Shown: one piece after another, positions 1-9,514 of the stretch
How positions within the stretch are numbered: position 1 is the first letter of the stretch
Layout: each line of letters begins with the position of its first letter
Source: Patescibacteria group bacterium
GTDB taxonomy: Bacteria; Patescibacteriota; Minisyncoccia; Phycocordibacterales; UBA9973
Assembly (NCBI GenBank): GCA_028868715.1
Contig: JAGWUB010000001.1
Location: 53,480-117,479 of the forward strand
Length of the DNA: 64,000 nt
Reading direction: 5' to 3'
Notes under the pieces: model-generated
What the model was told of the DNA's origin: nothing
Databases searched by the model: none
The model's input: only the letters and a program-made list of their open reading frames with translations
Program-made: the position numbers and the translations under genes

Positions 1-604
1 GTAAAATAGCGTGGACGATCAGGGAGTCGACTATTTTTACCACTGGTAAATCTTCGGCCATTTTTTGTAACTCGGCTTCGGATTTTTCATCTGATTTCCC
101 TCCAGCCTTACTGATAGAATCTGATATATTAGAAGATTCTTTTTGAATAATATTTTGAAATTCGGCCTGGAGAGTTTTTCTATACTGTACCAACACAGAT
201 CGAATCGAAGCGGCGTCAGTAAGCCTAGGTAAAATTTTTAACCCAGAACGTTTCTTTATAAAATCAATCACTGGCAGGTCATCGACATCCAGCATGGCCA
301 CTTCTAAGCCCTCCGCAGTTTTTTTATAAGCAACTATATTATAATTACGAGCAATTGGTTCAGGGATGAGAGAGAGCACAGCAAAATCAATCTTCTCTTT
401 AACCAAATTTATAAATGGTATTCCTAAAACAAAAGCTTCAGTTTGTTTTAAATCAGTTTCGGATATTTTTCCTTCAGAAAGTAAAAAGTTCCCGAGTTTT
501 TGTTTTTTGGTTTCAGCTTTTTTTACCGCCGCATCGAAATCCTCGCGGGTGATAAGACCTGATTTTAAAATAAATTTTTTAAATTGTTCTTCGTCAATTT
601 GCAT
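1..604 (-). CDS. pilB: Type IV pilus/T2SS assembly ATPase PilB/GspE, N-terminal part (runs off window start)
   Basis: Not in the ORF track. Manual minus-strand reading from ATG 604 gives MQIDEEQFKKF...LGNFLLSEGKI...LGIPFINL...LIPEPIARNYNIVAY...LEVAMLDVDDL...AEDLPVVKIVDSLIVHAI, typical of the GspE/PilB N-terminal domain and linker. Confidence 0.85.
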   Translation of the reverse strand, partial: MQIDEEQFKKFILKSGLITREDFDAAVKKAETKKQKLGNFLLSEGKISETDLKQTEAFVLGIPFINLVKEKIDFAVLSLIPEPIARNYNIVAYKKTAEGLEVAMLDVDDLPVIDFIKKRSGLKILPRLTDAASIRSVLVQYRKTLQAEFQNIIQKESSNISDSISKAGGKSDEKSEAELQKMAEDLPVVKIVDSLIVHAIL

Positions 605-619
605 CACTTACATTATACC

Positions 620-648
620 AAAAAAATCCCCGCATAGGGGATTTTTTT
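620..648. terminator. Intrinsic terminator-like hairpin
   Basis: AAAAAAATCCCC-GCATA-GGGGATTTTTTT immediately downstream of the 659-2014 minus-strand gene. Confidence 0.7.
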
Positions 649-658
649 GGTAGCTTAT

Positions 659-2014
659 CTAGTTTTCCTTGTATATCGGTTTTTTCTTTATTTCTGAGCA
701 GGAGGCAGAGGTTGCTCCTTGAGTACATGTCCAGGTGAAAGTAGAAATACCACTATGGATTGCGCCAGGATCACCGACCGAGCAAGAATAATGTATAGCT
801 GGATTTGAACACTTTGCAACGCCACAATTATTTGGTGGTACTACTTGGCCTTCCGTATGATCATTGTTGCAAGTGCCGACGGTAGGCATACAGTGCCACA
901 CAAATGGGTCGTCGCAAGTGCCAGAGCCAGTCTGGGCCCAAAAACTACCTGAACCGTCCGAACACGTAACTGAAGCAGAGGCTAGCTGTAAATTATTATG
1001 ATAAAGATAAAAAGTAGTAAGTCCAGATATAATTGGAACACTGGTGGGGATAGGGTTAGATGAAAGATAAGAGACGTGAACATTGTCAGGATTGTTGTGG
1101 GTCACTTCTGTCGTACCACCAGAAACAAGATTAGAGGTAGTCCAAGAAATTAAGGTTTGGAAAGGATTAGTAGTGGTGTCGCAATTGCCGACACTGATGG
1201 TCCCTGTTGGCATGGGGCCTGTGCTACAAATAGTGCCATTGAAAATAGTTCCTGTCTCACAAGTAGCTGTAGGGTTTTTTTCAGTAAGTTTTGTATCGTT
1301 ATTATAAAGGAAAAAATATCTATCACTACCATAAGTAATCGGGTAAGTGGCTGAACCAAAATTTCCAGTGCCGACGGTAACATTTGTCGGGGTTGTGACT
1401 TCAGAGGTGCCGACTGGATTTGTCGTGGTCCAGTTTAAATTAGTATTACAAGTGCTAGCTCCGGACGGGATTATACAGTCAGTGGCAGTAAGGGTGCCAG
1501 ACATATTAGAAACACCGGTGATAGTAAAATTTCCAGACTTAGTATCGGCGGGAAGTCCACCATGGGTATTAAGGGTGGTGTCGTTATATACACTTGCTCT
1601 TATCGTATAGGTTCCTGCTGGCCAAGAACTGACGTTCACGTTATCTGTTGCAGTGTAGGGGCCTTCCCAGCAAGCTAGCGGATTGTTACAAAATGGTGAG
1701 TGCCAAGTTTGAAAATACATTTGGGCGCCAGTGCTATTGTTGGTAATGGTATAGTCCACTCTGGTTGCAGTATCTTGATAACCAAAGCCAGCAGTTCCTT
1801 CACAGGAATAACTCAATGTTCCAGAAATTGTTATGCCGATAGTTACTGGGCTATTGTATGTTCCAGTAGGTTGATCAATGGAATTTATAGTAGGGTCAAT
1901 CTGTGGATCGCTAGATGGATCACAGGAAGCAAAAGCTACATTTGCTTTAAAAAAGACTCCAGATGCAACCATTAAGCTCACTAAAACCAAGAGGCTAAAA
2001 AATTTAAATTTCAT
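659..2014 (-). CDS. Secreted Cys/Thr/Gly-rich surface protein (paralog of 2104-3528)
   Basis: N-terminal signal peptide, Ig-like segment (GTYTIRASVY), repeat GTLTAxxC...LNWTTTNP...LYNN...C, C-terminus SCSEIKKKPIYKEN. Confidence 0.8.
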   Translation of the reverse strand: MKFKFFSLLVLVSLMVASGVFFKANVAFASCDPSSDPQIDPTINSIDQPTGTYNSPVTIGITISGTLSYSCEGTAGFGYQDTATRVDYTITNNSTGAQMYFQTWHSPFCNNPLACWEGPYTATDNVNVSSWPAGTYTIRASVYNDTTLNTHGGLPADTKSGNFTITGVSNMSGTLTATDCIIPSGASTCNTNLNWTTTNPVGTSEVTTPTNVTVGTGNFGSATYPITYGSDRYFFLYNNDTKLTEKNPTATCETGTIFNGTICSTGPMPTGTISVGNCDTTTNPFQTLISWTTSNLVSGGTTEVTHNNPDNVHVSYLSSNPIPTSVPIISGLTTFYLYHNNLQLASASVTCSDGSGSFWAQTGSGTCDDPFVWHCMPTVGTCNNDHTEGQVVPPNNCGVAKCSNPAIHYSCSVGDPGAIHSGISTFTWTCTQGATSASCSEIKKKPIYKEN

Positions 2015-2103
2015 AATATTGTTATATTATATACAATCTAATAATGTTTAATTCTATACTTAATTATACTAGAGTGGGTTTTAAATAACAATAAAATATA
2101 TAG

Positions 2104-3528
2104 CTAGTTCTCAATAAACGCAGGTTTTTTCTTTAATTCTGTACAGGATGCGGTAGTGCCACCATTACTACCAGGGCAAGACCATGTCCAGCTAGAAATA
2201 TTGGATACACCACCAGTGCCTACACCTGCTGGAACAGTACAATTGTAATGAGTGGTTGCGCAGACGCCGTTTGTTGCCGCTGCACAGGATTGAGAAGCTC
2301 CCCCACCGTCATAATTAGGGTTAGTTGGGTCTGTGCAAAGAAGTCCCGTACCTGATGGTGAAGGATTGGTGCAAGTACGAGTTTGTAGACCACCTGCACA
2401 AGCGCTCCAAGCACTCCAACCTCCGTTTATGTTAGGGGTGCACACACCACCGAGCCAAGACGTCCCCGCAGCACAAGTTCCCGTTGGGGCAACTTGAGTA
2501 AGTAGCACAGCGTTGTTGTATAGATAAAAGATTATGCCACTTCCGTTAGTAATAGAGTAAGTTGAGGAACCTGAATTTCCTGACCCTGCGGTAATATTGG
2601 TCGGAGTTGTGACAGATGAAGTGGCTACTGGATTTGTCGTGGTCCAATTTAAGGTACTACTACAAGTACTACCTCCTGAAAGAATGGTGCAATTAGAGGC
2701 AGTGAGGGTGCCGGTCATCCCTGGAGCACATGTGGAACCATTCCAAACAGTCCCTGCGGCGCAAGTTCCCGTGGGGGCAGCTTGAGCAAGTAACACAGCG
2801 TTGTTGTATAGATAATAGATTCTTCCATTGCCATTAGTGACCAAAAAAGAAGTAGCTGTACCTGAATTTCCTGACCCTGCGGTAATACTCTTAGGAGTTG
2901 TTACCGCTGAAGTAGCTACTGGATTTGTTGTGGTCCAGTTTAAAGTAGTAGTACAAAAGGAAGCCCCTGAGGCAATGGTACAATTAGAGGCAGTAAGTGT
3001 GCCGGACATGGGACCTGTAACTGAAAAGGTTCCTGAAGCACTGATTGTAAATCCCGTCGAAGGATCCCAAGCATAAACTGTTACCGTGTGTACACCACTT
3101 GAAAGTCCAGTAGTGTTAACTAAAAAACTATAAGAATAAGTATATGGTTGATAAATAGAACTACCACCAGGCGGTAAGCAATCAGCTGGTTGATTTATGC
3201 CACCCTGAGTTATGGTCATACTAAAACCATTCATTACTCCAGAATCTATTTGATATTGAGGGGTGTCTAAGGTATGCGCAGTTGCCGGTAGTGCTGGGAT
3301 ACCTGGATCGCAACCAGCTACGGGAAATTCGTCTTGAGTGGACCCTCCCTGTCCCGAGCCAGAAACAGTAGTAGAGGTTGTAACATTACTAGATGGAACT
3401 ATTGAATCAACACTAAGAGCAGCAACCGAACTAGTCACAAATGCCTGGGCATTGTTATGGAATGGAACTAAGAAAAAAATAGCAATAAAGACAGAGAGTG
3501 TTATGGATGATAAGTGTTTGAATTTCAT
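2104..3528 (-). CDS. Secreted Cys/Thr/Gly-rich surface protein with tandem ~97-aa repeats and a thrombospondin type 1-like motif
   Basis: Signal peptide, two tandem repeats, WSAWSAC...QTRTCTNPSP motif, C-terminus SCTELKKKPAFIEN. Confidence 0.8.
   Translation of the reverse strand: MKFKHLSSITLSVFIAIFFLVPFHNNAQAFVTSSVAALSVDSIVPSSNVTTSTTVSGSGQGGSTQDEFPVAGCDPGIPALPATAHTLDTPQYQIDSGVMNGFSMTITQGGINQPADCLPPGGSSIYQPYTYSYSFLVNTTGLSSGVHTVTVYAWDPSTGFTISASGTFSVTGPMSGTLTASNCTIASGASFCTTTLNWTTTNPVATSAVTTPKSITAGSGNSGTATSFLVTNGNGRIYYLYNNAVLLAQAAPTGTCAAGTVWNGSTCAPGMTGTLTASNCTILSGGSTCSSTLNWTTTNPVATSSVTTPTNITAGSGNSGSSTYSITNGSGIIFYLYNNAVLLTQVAPTGTCAAGTSWLGGVCTPNINGGWSAWSACAGGLQTRTCTNPSPSGTGLLCTDPTNPNYDGGGASQSCAAATNGVCATTHYNCTVPAGVGTGGVSNISSWTWSCPGSNGGTTASCTELKKKPAFIEN
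2434..3009 (-). repeat. Intragenic tandem duplication (~290-bp units)
   Basis: Units 2719-3009 and about 2434-2718 share long identical blocks (acagcgttgttgtatagata; cctgaatttcctgaccctgcggtaata). A further homolog lies at about 1220-1504 in the neighbouring gene. Confidence 0.85.
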
Positions 3529-3616
3529 AATAATTATATAGTTATGCTTAAAATTTCATAAAGTTAGTTTATATGTTAGTAATTATACTAGATATAATAG
3601 AAACCAAACTAGGTAA

Positions 3617-3625
3617 TGTGGATAA
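3617..3625. promoter_or_regulatory. DnaA box
   Basis: TGTGGATAA, perfect consensus, in the divergent intergenic region upstream of nusA. Confidence 0.5.
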
Positions 3626-3647
3626 CTATAAATAGTGAACGTCAGTA

Positions 3648-3676
3648 TTGCATTAAAATAATACCCGTGATATACT
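3648..3676 (+). promoter_or_regulatory. sigma70-type promoter of nusA
   Basis: TTGCAT-17 bp-TATACT with extended TG. A hairpin gagtcctgt-cgaa-acagggctt with a U-tract follows in the leader. Confidence 0.6.
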
Positions 3677-3739
3677 ACTTTAGTAATGAGTCCTGTCGAA
3701 ACAGGGCTTTTTTATTTAAAAACTTAATAAAATAACAAT

Positions 3740-4912
3740 ATGTTAGACTTAAAAACATTCAAATCAGCTCTGGAACAGCTGGAAGAAGACCGCAAGATTC
3801 CAAAAGAAAAGATATTAGACGCCATAGAACAAGCCATGGCTGCTGCTTACAAGAAAGATTACGGCAAAAAAGGACAAATCATCCGCGCCAAATTTGATCT
3901 TGATACTGGTAAGACAAATTTCTTTCAAGTAAAAATAGTAGTTGACGAAACTATTGCAAATATAGATCAAGAAAGTGCCAGCGAAGGTGCACATAAAAAG
4001 CACAAAGAAGAATATTCTCTAAAAGATGGTGATGAGCGAGTGCATTTCAATGCTGAGCATCACATCATGCTGGAAGATGCGAAAAAAATTAAAAAGGGGG
4101 TGGAATTAAATGATGAAATCATTTTTCCATTAGAAGCCCGAGATGACTATGGCCGAATTGCCGCCCAGACAGCCAAGCAAGTAATCATTCAAAAAATTCG
4201 TGAAGCCGAACGAGTTTCTATTATCGATGAATATGGCACCAAAGAAGGAGAAATAATCTCTGGAATAGTCCAAAAAGTGGAAAGAGGAAATATTTATATT
4301 GATTTCAACCGCGCTACTGGAATATTGCCAGCCGAGGAACAAATTCCTGGGGAATTTTGGGAGAGAGGCCGACGTGTGCGCGCCTACTTATATTCTGTAG
4401 AAGACACTCAAAGAGGAATCAATTTACGTCTGTCTCGTACTCATCCAAAATTTATTGAAAAGCTTTTTGCGATGGAGGCGCCAGAAATCCAAAATGGAAT
4501 TGTAGAAATAAAATCAATCGCCAGAGAAGCAGGCGCGCGTTCTAAGATTGCGGTACATTCAAACGATGAACATATCGATGCTGTCGGCTCATGCGTCGGC
4601 CAAAAAGGCACCCGTGTAAATACAATCACTCAAGAATTGGGCGGAGAAAAAATAGATATTATTCCTTGGTCTGCTGATCCGAAAATTTTTGTGACGAATT
4701 CTATCTCTCCAGCAAAAGTTATCTCTATTGAAATAGACGAAAAGGAACACAAGGCTATTGTAGAAGTAGCGGATGACCAACTATCACTGGCTATCGGCAA
4801 AGGCGGACAAAATGTACGCTTGGCTGCCAAGCTCACTGGCTGGAGGATAGACATCAAGGGCGACGGTAAGATGGTAACTTCAGATGAAGTAGTTGAAAAA
4901 ATGGAAGAATAG
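3740..4912 (+). CDS. nusA: Transcription termination/antitermination factor NusA
   Basis: GRIAAQTAKQVI, S1 and KH motifs (AREAGARSKIAV, LAIGKGGQNVRLAAKLTGWRIDI). Confidence 0.97.
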   Translation: MLDLKTFKSALEQLEEDRKIPKEKILDAIEQAMAAAYKKDYGKKGQIIRAKFDLDTGKTNFFQVKIVVDETIANIDQESASEGAHKKHKEEYSLKDGDERVHFNAEHHIMLEDAKKIKKGVELNDEIIFPLEARDDYGRIAAQTAKQVIIQKIREAERVSIIDEYGTKEGEIISGIVQKVERGNIYIDFNRATGILPAEEQIPGEFWERGRRVRAYLYSVEDTQRGINLRLSRTHPKFIEKLFAMEAPEIQNGIVEIKSIAREAGARSKIAVHSNDEHIDAVGSCVGQKGTRVNTITQELGGEKIDIIPWSADPKIFVTNSISPAKVISIEIDEKEHKAIVEVADDQLSLAIGKGGQNVRLAAKLTGWRIDIKGDGKMVTSDEVVEKMEE

Positions 4913-4927
4913 AATTATACTAGCGGT

Positions 4928-5512
4928 ATGGCAAATATAAATCAAAAACCTTCAAAATACATGCTAAATTTATTGCATGTACTTCCAGCATTTGTGGAAG
5001 AAAAACCAGATGTGCTCAATGTCATTGTCGAAAACAATGCCGGCTCACTCAATAAATACGAGATCATAACCGAGTCAGGTCAACTAAAGCTCGACCGGGT
5101 TGGATATTCTCCAATGGTTTATCCATTTGCCTACGGAGCGATCCCACAAACTTGGGATTTTGACAACGATCCGCTCGACATCGTGATCGCAAATGTTACC
5201 GAGCAATTTGTCCCAGGATCTTTGGTAGAAGTTAGAATAATTGGAATGATGAAGTTTGAAGATGATGGTGAAGTAGATGATAAGATAATCGGTGTGGTAA
5301 ATGATGACAAGAGAAACAACCACATAAAAACCATAGATGACTTAGGAGAATATTTTAAAATTGAAACAAAATATTTTTGGGAGAAATACAAAGAATTGAA
5401 AAAGGCCGGCACTGGCATCACCAAAGGATTCTTTGACCAAGCCGAAGCCATCAAGATAGTGCAGGAATGTGAACAAAGATACAAAGATATATACTTGAAA
5501 AAATTTGAATAG
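4928..5512 (+). CDS. ppa: Inorganic pyrophosphatase (family I)
   Basis: KYE, DR, YG.IPQT...DNDPLD and DDGEVDDKII motifs. Confidence 0.93.
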   Translation: MANINQKPSKYMLNLLHVLPAFVEEKPDVLNVIVENNAGSLNKYEIITESGQLKLDRVGYSPMVYPFAYGAIPQTWDFDNDPLDIVIANVTEQFVPGSLVEVRIIGMMKFEDDGEVDDKIIGVVNDDKRNNHIKTIDDLGEYFKIETKYFWEKYKELKKAGTGITKGFFDQAEAIKIVQECEQRYKDIYLKKFE

Positions 5513-5537
5513 CTAAATTTAATAAATAATAAAAAGT

Positions 5538-5651
5538 ATGGAACAAGAACAAGAACCAATAGAATACAAATCTAACGGGGCGCTTGTCGGTCTGGTAATT
5601 ATCGTTATCATTCTCGTAATCGGATTGATCTATCTCATACTAAAAAAATAA
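5538..5651 (+). CDS. Small single-TM protein (37 aa)
   Basis: Manual translation MEQEQEPIEYKSNGALVGLVIIVIILVIGLIYLILKK. It fills the ppa-tig gap and is below the ORF-track cutoff. Confidence 0.55.
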   Translation: MEQEQEPIEYKSNGALVGLVIIVIILVIGLIYLILKK

Positions 5652-5658
5652 AATAAAT

Positions 5659-6708
5659 ATGAAAGTAACCGTAAAAAAACTACCAAAAAGCGAGATAGAA
5701 ATCGATGGAGAATTAGACGCTGAACAATTTGAAACTTATTTCAAACAGGCGCTAAAGCTACTAAGTGAAAACTTAAAATTAGATGGATTTAGAAAAGGTA
5801 AAATACCGGAGGCTGTTTTACTGCAAACTATTCCGGAAATGATGATATTAGAAAAGATGGCCGAGCTCGCCCTAAATGAGCATTACCCTAAAATTTTAGA
5901 AGATGAAAAAATTGATGCCATTAGTAGACCGGAAATTTCTATCACTAAATTGGCTCGCAAAAATCCACTAGAATTTAAGATCAAAACTGCTGTTTTGCCG
6001 GAGGTCAAACTTCCCGACTATAAAAATATAGCTAAAAAAATAATCGCGAATATTACTGAAGCTGAAAAAAATATTGTAGTGACAGATGAAGACTTGGAAA
6101 ATACAATAATGGATATCCGAAAATCTCGCGCACCTAAAATACATATGAAGGAAGGCGCCGACAAAACCTCAGGTGAAGAAATAAAGGAAGAATTACCAGA
6201 ATTTAATGACGAGTTTGTCAGAGCGCTTGGGCCATTTAAAGATGTAGCTGATTTTAAAGAAAAATTAAGTGTCAATATCAAGCTAGAGAAGGAAAATGCG
6301 CAGAAGGAAAAAACCAGATTAAATATTATTGAAAAAATAATTGAGGATAGCACTATTGAAGTGCCAGAAATTTTGATTGAAATTGAAATAGATAAAATCT
6401 TGCACCGCATGGAGTCTGACATCACTCAAATGGGTCTAAAGTTTGAAGACTACTTGAAGCATTTGAACAAAACAGTTGATGATTTAAAGAAAGAATTTAG
6501 AACTGATGGAGAGAAAAAAGCTAAGCTCGGACTTATTTTAAATGAGATTGCTAAAGCAGAAAAAATAGCTGTGGATGAAGAGCTACTCGCCAAAGAAGTC
6601 GCGCATATTCTGGAAATGTATAAAGATGCTGACCCAGAGCGAGCTAGAATGCATGCCGAAAATGTTCTCACTAACGAAAAAATCTTTCAATTTTTAGAGA
6701 GTCAGTAA
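5659..6708 (+). CDS. tig: Trigger factor (short, apparently lacking the FKBP domain)
   Basis: GFRKGKIP ribosome-binding motif, C-terminal chaperone domain, lies upstream of clpP. Confidence 0.92.
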   Translation: MKVTVKKLPKSEIEIDGELDAEQFETYFKQALKLLSENLKLDGFRKGKIPEAVLLQTIPEMMILEKMAELALNEHYPKILEDEKIDAISRPEISITKLARKNPLEFKIKTAVLPEVKLPDYKNIAKKIIANITEAEKNIVVTDEDLENTIMDIRKSRAPKIHMKEGADKTSGEEIKEELPEFNDEFVRALGPFKDVADFKEKLSVNIKLEKENAQKEKTRLNIIEKIIEDSTIEVPEILIEIEIDKILHRMESDITQMGLKFEDYLKHLNKTVDDLKKEFRTDGEKKAKLGLILNEIAKAEKIAVDEELLAKEVAHILEMYKDADPERARMHAENVLTNEKIFQFLESQ

Positions 6709-6745
6709 ATCTTGAAAAAACTCAAAAAAAGAGTATACTAGGGCT

Positions 6746-7351
6746 ATGTTAATCCCAACCGTAATTGAAAAAAGTCAGTTTGGAGAGCGCGCTTATGATA
6801 TTTACTCACGACTACTTCGTGAACGTATCATCTTTTTGAGTGGTCCGATAGACGACCACACGGCAAATATAGTCATTGCTCAGCTCCTATTCCTAGAATC
6901 TGAAGACTCCAAAAAGGATATCTATCTTTATGTAAATTCACCTGGTGGATCCGTAACCTCTACTTTAGCAGTAGTAGACACCATGAATCATGTACGTCCA
7001 GACATTGCTACTTTTTGTGTCGGCTTAGCAGCCTCTGGCGCAGCTATTATCCTATCCGCTGGTAAGAAAGGCAAAAGACATATCTTGCCAAATGCTGAAG
7101 TCATGATTCACCAACCTTTGGGTGGAGTAGAAGGCCAAGCTACAGACATAGCCATCACTGCAAAACATATACTAAAAACTAGAGATAATCTAAATAAAAT
7201 GCTTGCAAAAAATACTGGTAAATCTCTAGCCCAAATTGAAAAAGATGTAGAGCGAGATTTCTTCATGGATGCTGATGAAGCTAAAAAATATGGAATTATT
7301 GACGAAATCGTCACCAAATCCAAACTCCCAGAAAAAAAATCTAGTAATTAG
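6746..7351 (+). CDS. clpP: ATP-dependent Clp protease proteolytic subunit
   Basis: [35 protein letters not shown]. Confidence 0.97.
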   Translation: MLIPTVIEKSQFGERAYDIYSRLLRERIIFLSGPIDDHTANIVIAQLLFLESEDSKKDIYLYVNSPGGSVTSTLAVVDTMNHVRPDIATFCVGLAASGAAIILSAGKKGKRHILPNAEVMIHQPLGGVEGQATDIAITAKHILKTRDNLNKMLAKNTGKSLAQIEKDVERDFFMDADEAKKYGIIDEIVTKSKLPEKKSSN

Positions 7352-7352
7352 T

Positions 7353-9242
7353 TTAAATTATTTTAATAGTTCCACCAGTGTTGCCGGCCATGATGTAGTC
7401 GGCAACTTTGTTTTCTACTAAGTCTTCAATGGCGCGCTTGATGGGGCGAGCACCAAACTCCGAATCAAATCCAGCGCTAGCCACCTTGTCGATGAGAGCA
7501 TCGGTGATTTCTAAAGTAATTTTTTTATCTTCATAAAGACGTTCGGCAAATTCAGCAAGCAATAATTTAGTTATCTCTCTGGCCTGCCCCGCATCAAGTG
7601 GTTTGAAAAGCACAACCGCATTAAATCTATTTAAAAATTCTGGAGCAAAGATGCTGTTTTTTATCAAACTATCAACTAAAGCTTTCTTTTCAATATTTGG
7701 ATTAGCAATAATGTCTGCGCTTCCTGCATTGGAAGTAGCGATAATCAAGGCATCTTTGAAGCTCGCCTCTCTCCCAGAGCTACGCGTCAAGCGGCCTTCA
7801 TCTAAGACTTGCAACAGCAGATTGCGAATAAGCACATTAGACTTTTCAAGCTCATCAAAAAATACCAGCGAAAGTGGAGCCTCTTCTATGGCGCTGGTTA
7901 GCCTCTCGGTAAAAGATTCAATAGAAGTAGCCAGTGAAAATTCACTCATATCAAATCGAATCATGGCATTTTTCCTTCCAAAATAACTTTCGGCCAAAAT
8001 CTTGGCAGTATAAGTCTTTCCCACTCCAGTCGGACCCAAGAATAGAAAACTGCCAGCAGGCTTGCTGTGGTCTGCAATCCCCGTACGCAAGCGGACCAAG
8101 GCTTCCGTCACATCTTTGACTGCTTCATCTTGTCCGACAATTTTCCCCCGCATTGAAGCTTCGAGCTCAAGTAGCACCTTCTTTTCATCGGCGCCGATAG
8201 CTCCTATCGGGATGTTGGTTTTATCAGATACCACTTGCCTGACATCATCTATGGTGATCACCTTTCCCAATGTTTTCAGTTCTTCCAAAACCAAGATGGA
8301 CTTCGCAGGCTGAGGTTGATTGCCGATCAGGCGGTCGGTGAGTCGCACAATTTCTAAAATGGCATCGTCGGCAATGGAAATATTGTTTATCCGAGCATTT
8401 TCCTTTAGGATAGATATCGTGTCCTCATCACTAGTTTCTGCTAAGTCTATTTTGGTAAACTTTGAGAGAAATTCTGGATGATTTTTTAATACTTGATCGT
8501 AATTTGAAAAATCGGTGGTTATAATAATTCCCAAGTGAGGCATCGCGAGATAAGGCAAAAGTCGTTCATAAATATCTTCATAGCGATGAATATTTTCAAT
8601 TATGAGAATGATATTTCCGGCGGCCGCAGCTTCGTTTAAACATTTATCAAAGTCTGGCAAGGAAAGTCCTTCAGTAAAAAGTTCTACTACTCGATGGTGA
8701 TGAATGCCGGAGAATGACAAGCCGGATTGCCCTAGCCGTCCTAGGTATGATATCAAGGTAGATTTACCGATTCCAGTGTCCCCCACTAAAAGCACGTTGT
8801 GATTGGAATCTTTCAAGAGTCCCCGTTCGATCATCCGAAGGGCTTTGTCTTTACCGTAAACTGTTTGCGGTGCTAGGCCGACGACATCCCGACTATGTTT
8901 ATTTAAGGTATAAGTTTCGCCATACGAAAGTGAGGCGCCAAAGCTGGGAAGTCTTTCTAAATAGTCTAGGTTAATTTTTATAGGAACGAGTAAAAAGATT
9001 GGAAAGGTCAAAATAGCTAAAAGGGTGAAAACTGAACCGATAATTATCAAAATAATACGAGCAACAAAGCCTATAATTCGTGACAAAAAGAAGAAAACTA
9101 TTTTTTCAAAAATAGTAAAATCGTTTCCTCTCCCAGTGTCCATTTTCCAGGGCAAAAAGAGAGTCTTTAGCAAGAGCGGAATAGAAAAAGCGTTATACGC
9201 ATAGGTCACAAGGTTCTTCCACGATTGTAGTCCTGGGTGCAT
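7353..9242 (-). CDS. ClpA/B-family AAA+ ATPase with N-terminal membrane segments
   Basis: Hydrophobic N-terminus, Walker A motifs GDTGIGKS and GPTGVGKT, RFDMSEF, FDELEK, PEFLNR, GARPIKR. Confidence 0.85.
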   Translation of the reverse strand: MHPGLQSWKNLVTYAYNAFSIPLLLKTLFLPWKMDTGRGNDFTIFEKIVFFFLSRIIGFVARIILIIIGSVFTLLAILTFPIFLLVPIKINLDYLERLPSFGASLSYGETYTLNKHSRDVVGLAPQTVYGKDKALRMIERGLLKDSNHNVLLVGDTGIGKSTLISYLGRLGQSGLSFSGIHHHRVVELFTEGLSLPDFDKCLNEAAAAGNIILIIENIHRYEDIYERLLPYLAMPHLGIIITTDFSNYDQVLKNHPEFLSKFTKIDLAETSDEDTISILKENARINNISIADDAILEIVRLTDRLIGNQPQPAKSILVLEELKTLGKVITIDDVRQVVSDKTNIPIGAIGADEKKVLLELEASMRGKIVGQDEAVKDVTEALVRLRTGIADHSKPAGSFLFLGPTGVGKTYTAKILAESYFGRKNAMIRFDMSEFSLATSIESFTERLTSAIEEAPLSLVFFDELEKSNVLIRNLLLQVLDEGRLTRSSGREASFKDALIIATSNAGSADIIANPNIEKKALVDSLIKNSIFAPEFLNRFNAVVLFKPLDAGQAREITKLLLAEFAERLYEDKKITLEITDALIDKVASAGFDSEFGARPIKRAIEDLVENKVADYIMAGNTGGTIKII

Positions 9243-9264
9243 GTGTTTATTCTAGCATAAATGG

Positions 9265-9316
9265 ATCCCGTTAGAGATAGAGGGTCGCTACGAGCCCTCG
9301 CGATCTCTAACGGGAT
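9265..9316. repeat. Palindromic element with 14-bp inverted repeats ATCCCGTTAGAGAT/ATCTCTAACGGGAT (copy 1)
   Basis: Perfect inverted repeats at 9265-9278 and 9303-9316 enclose an inner hairpin. The same repeats occur at 26946-27030. Confidence 0.85.
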
Positions 9317-9514
9317 GGACAAAATATAAGTATTTTGTTATACTATATGTGTAACTTTACAAATTTATTTTAACTTGGTTCGCAAGAATATTCCATATAT
9401 TATGAAGCGTTTAAGGAAAAATTTTAAAACTTTTTACCGGGCAGACAGAAAAATTACTTTGTCAAACTAAGACCATAATTATAGTGGCTCATTCTTGTAG
9501 GCTAAAAAAAGCTT

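Noticed and set aside
366-653. Plus-strand 95-aa ORF
   Set aside because: It is antisense to the pilB-like gene.
1220-3009. Near-identical repeats as a diversity-generating retroelement TR/VR pair
   Set aside because: The differences are not confined to adenines, all copies are coding, and there is no reverse transcriptase in the window.
9265-9316. GTTAGAG/CTCTAAC inverted repeat as an integron attC site
   Set aside because: The order of the GTT and AAC cores is the reverse of attC, and there is no cassette array or IntI.
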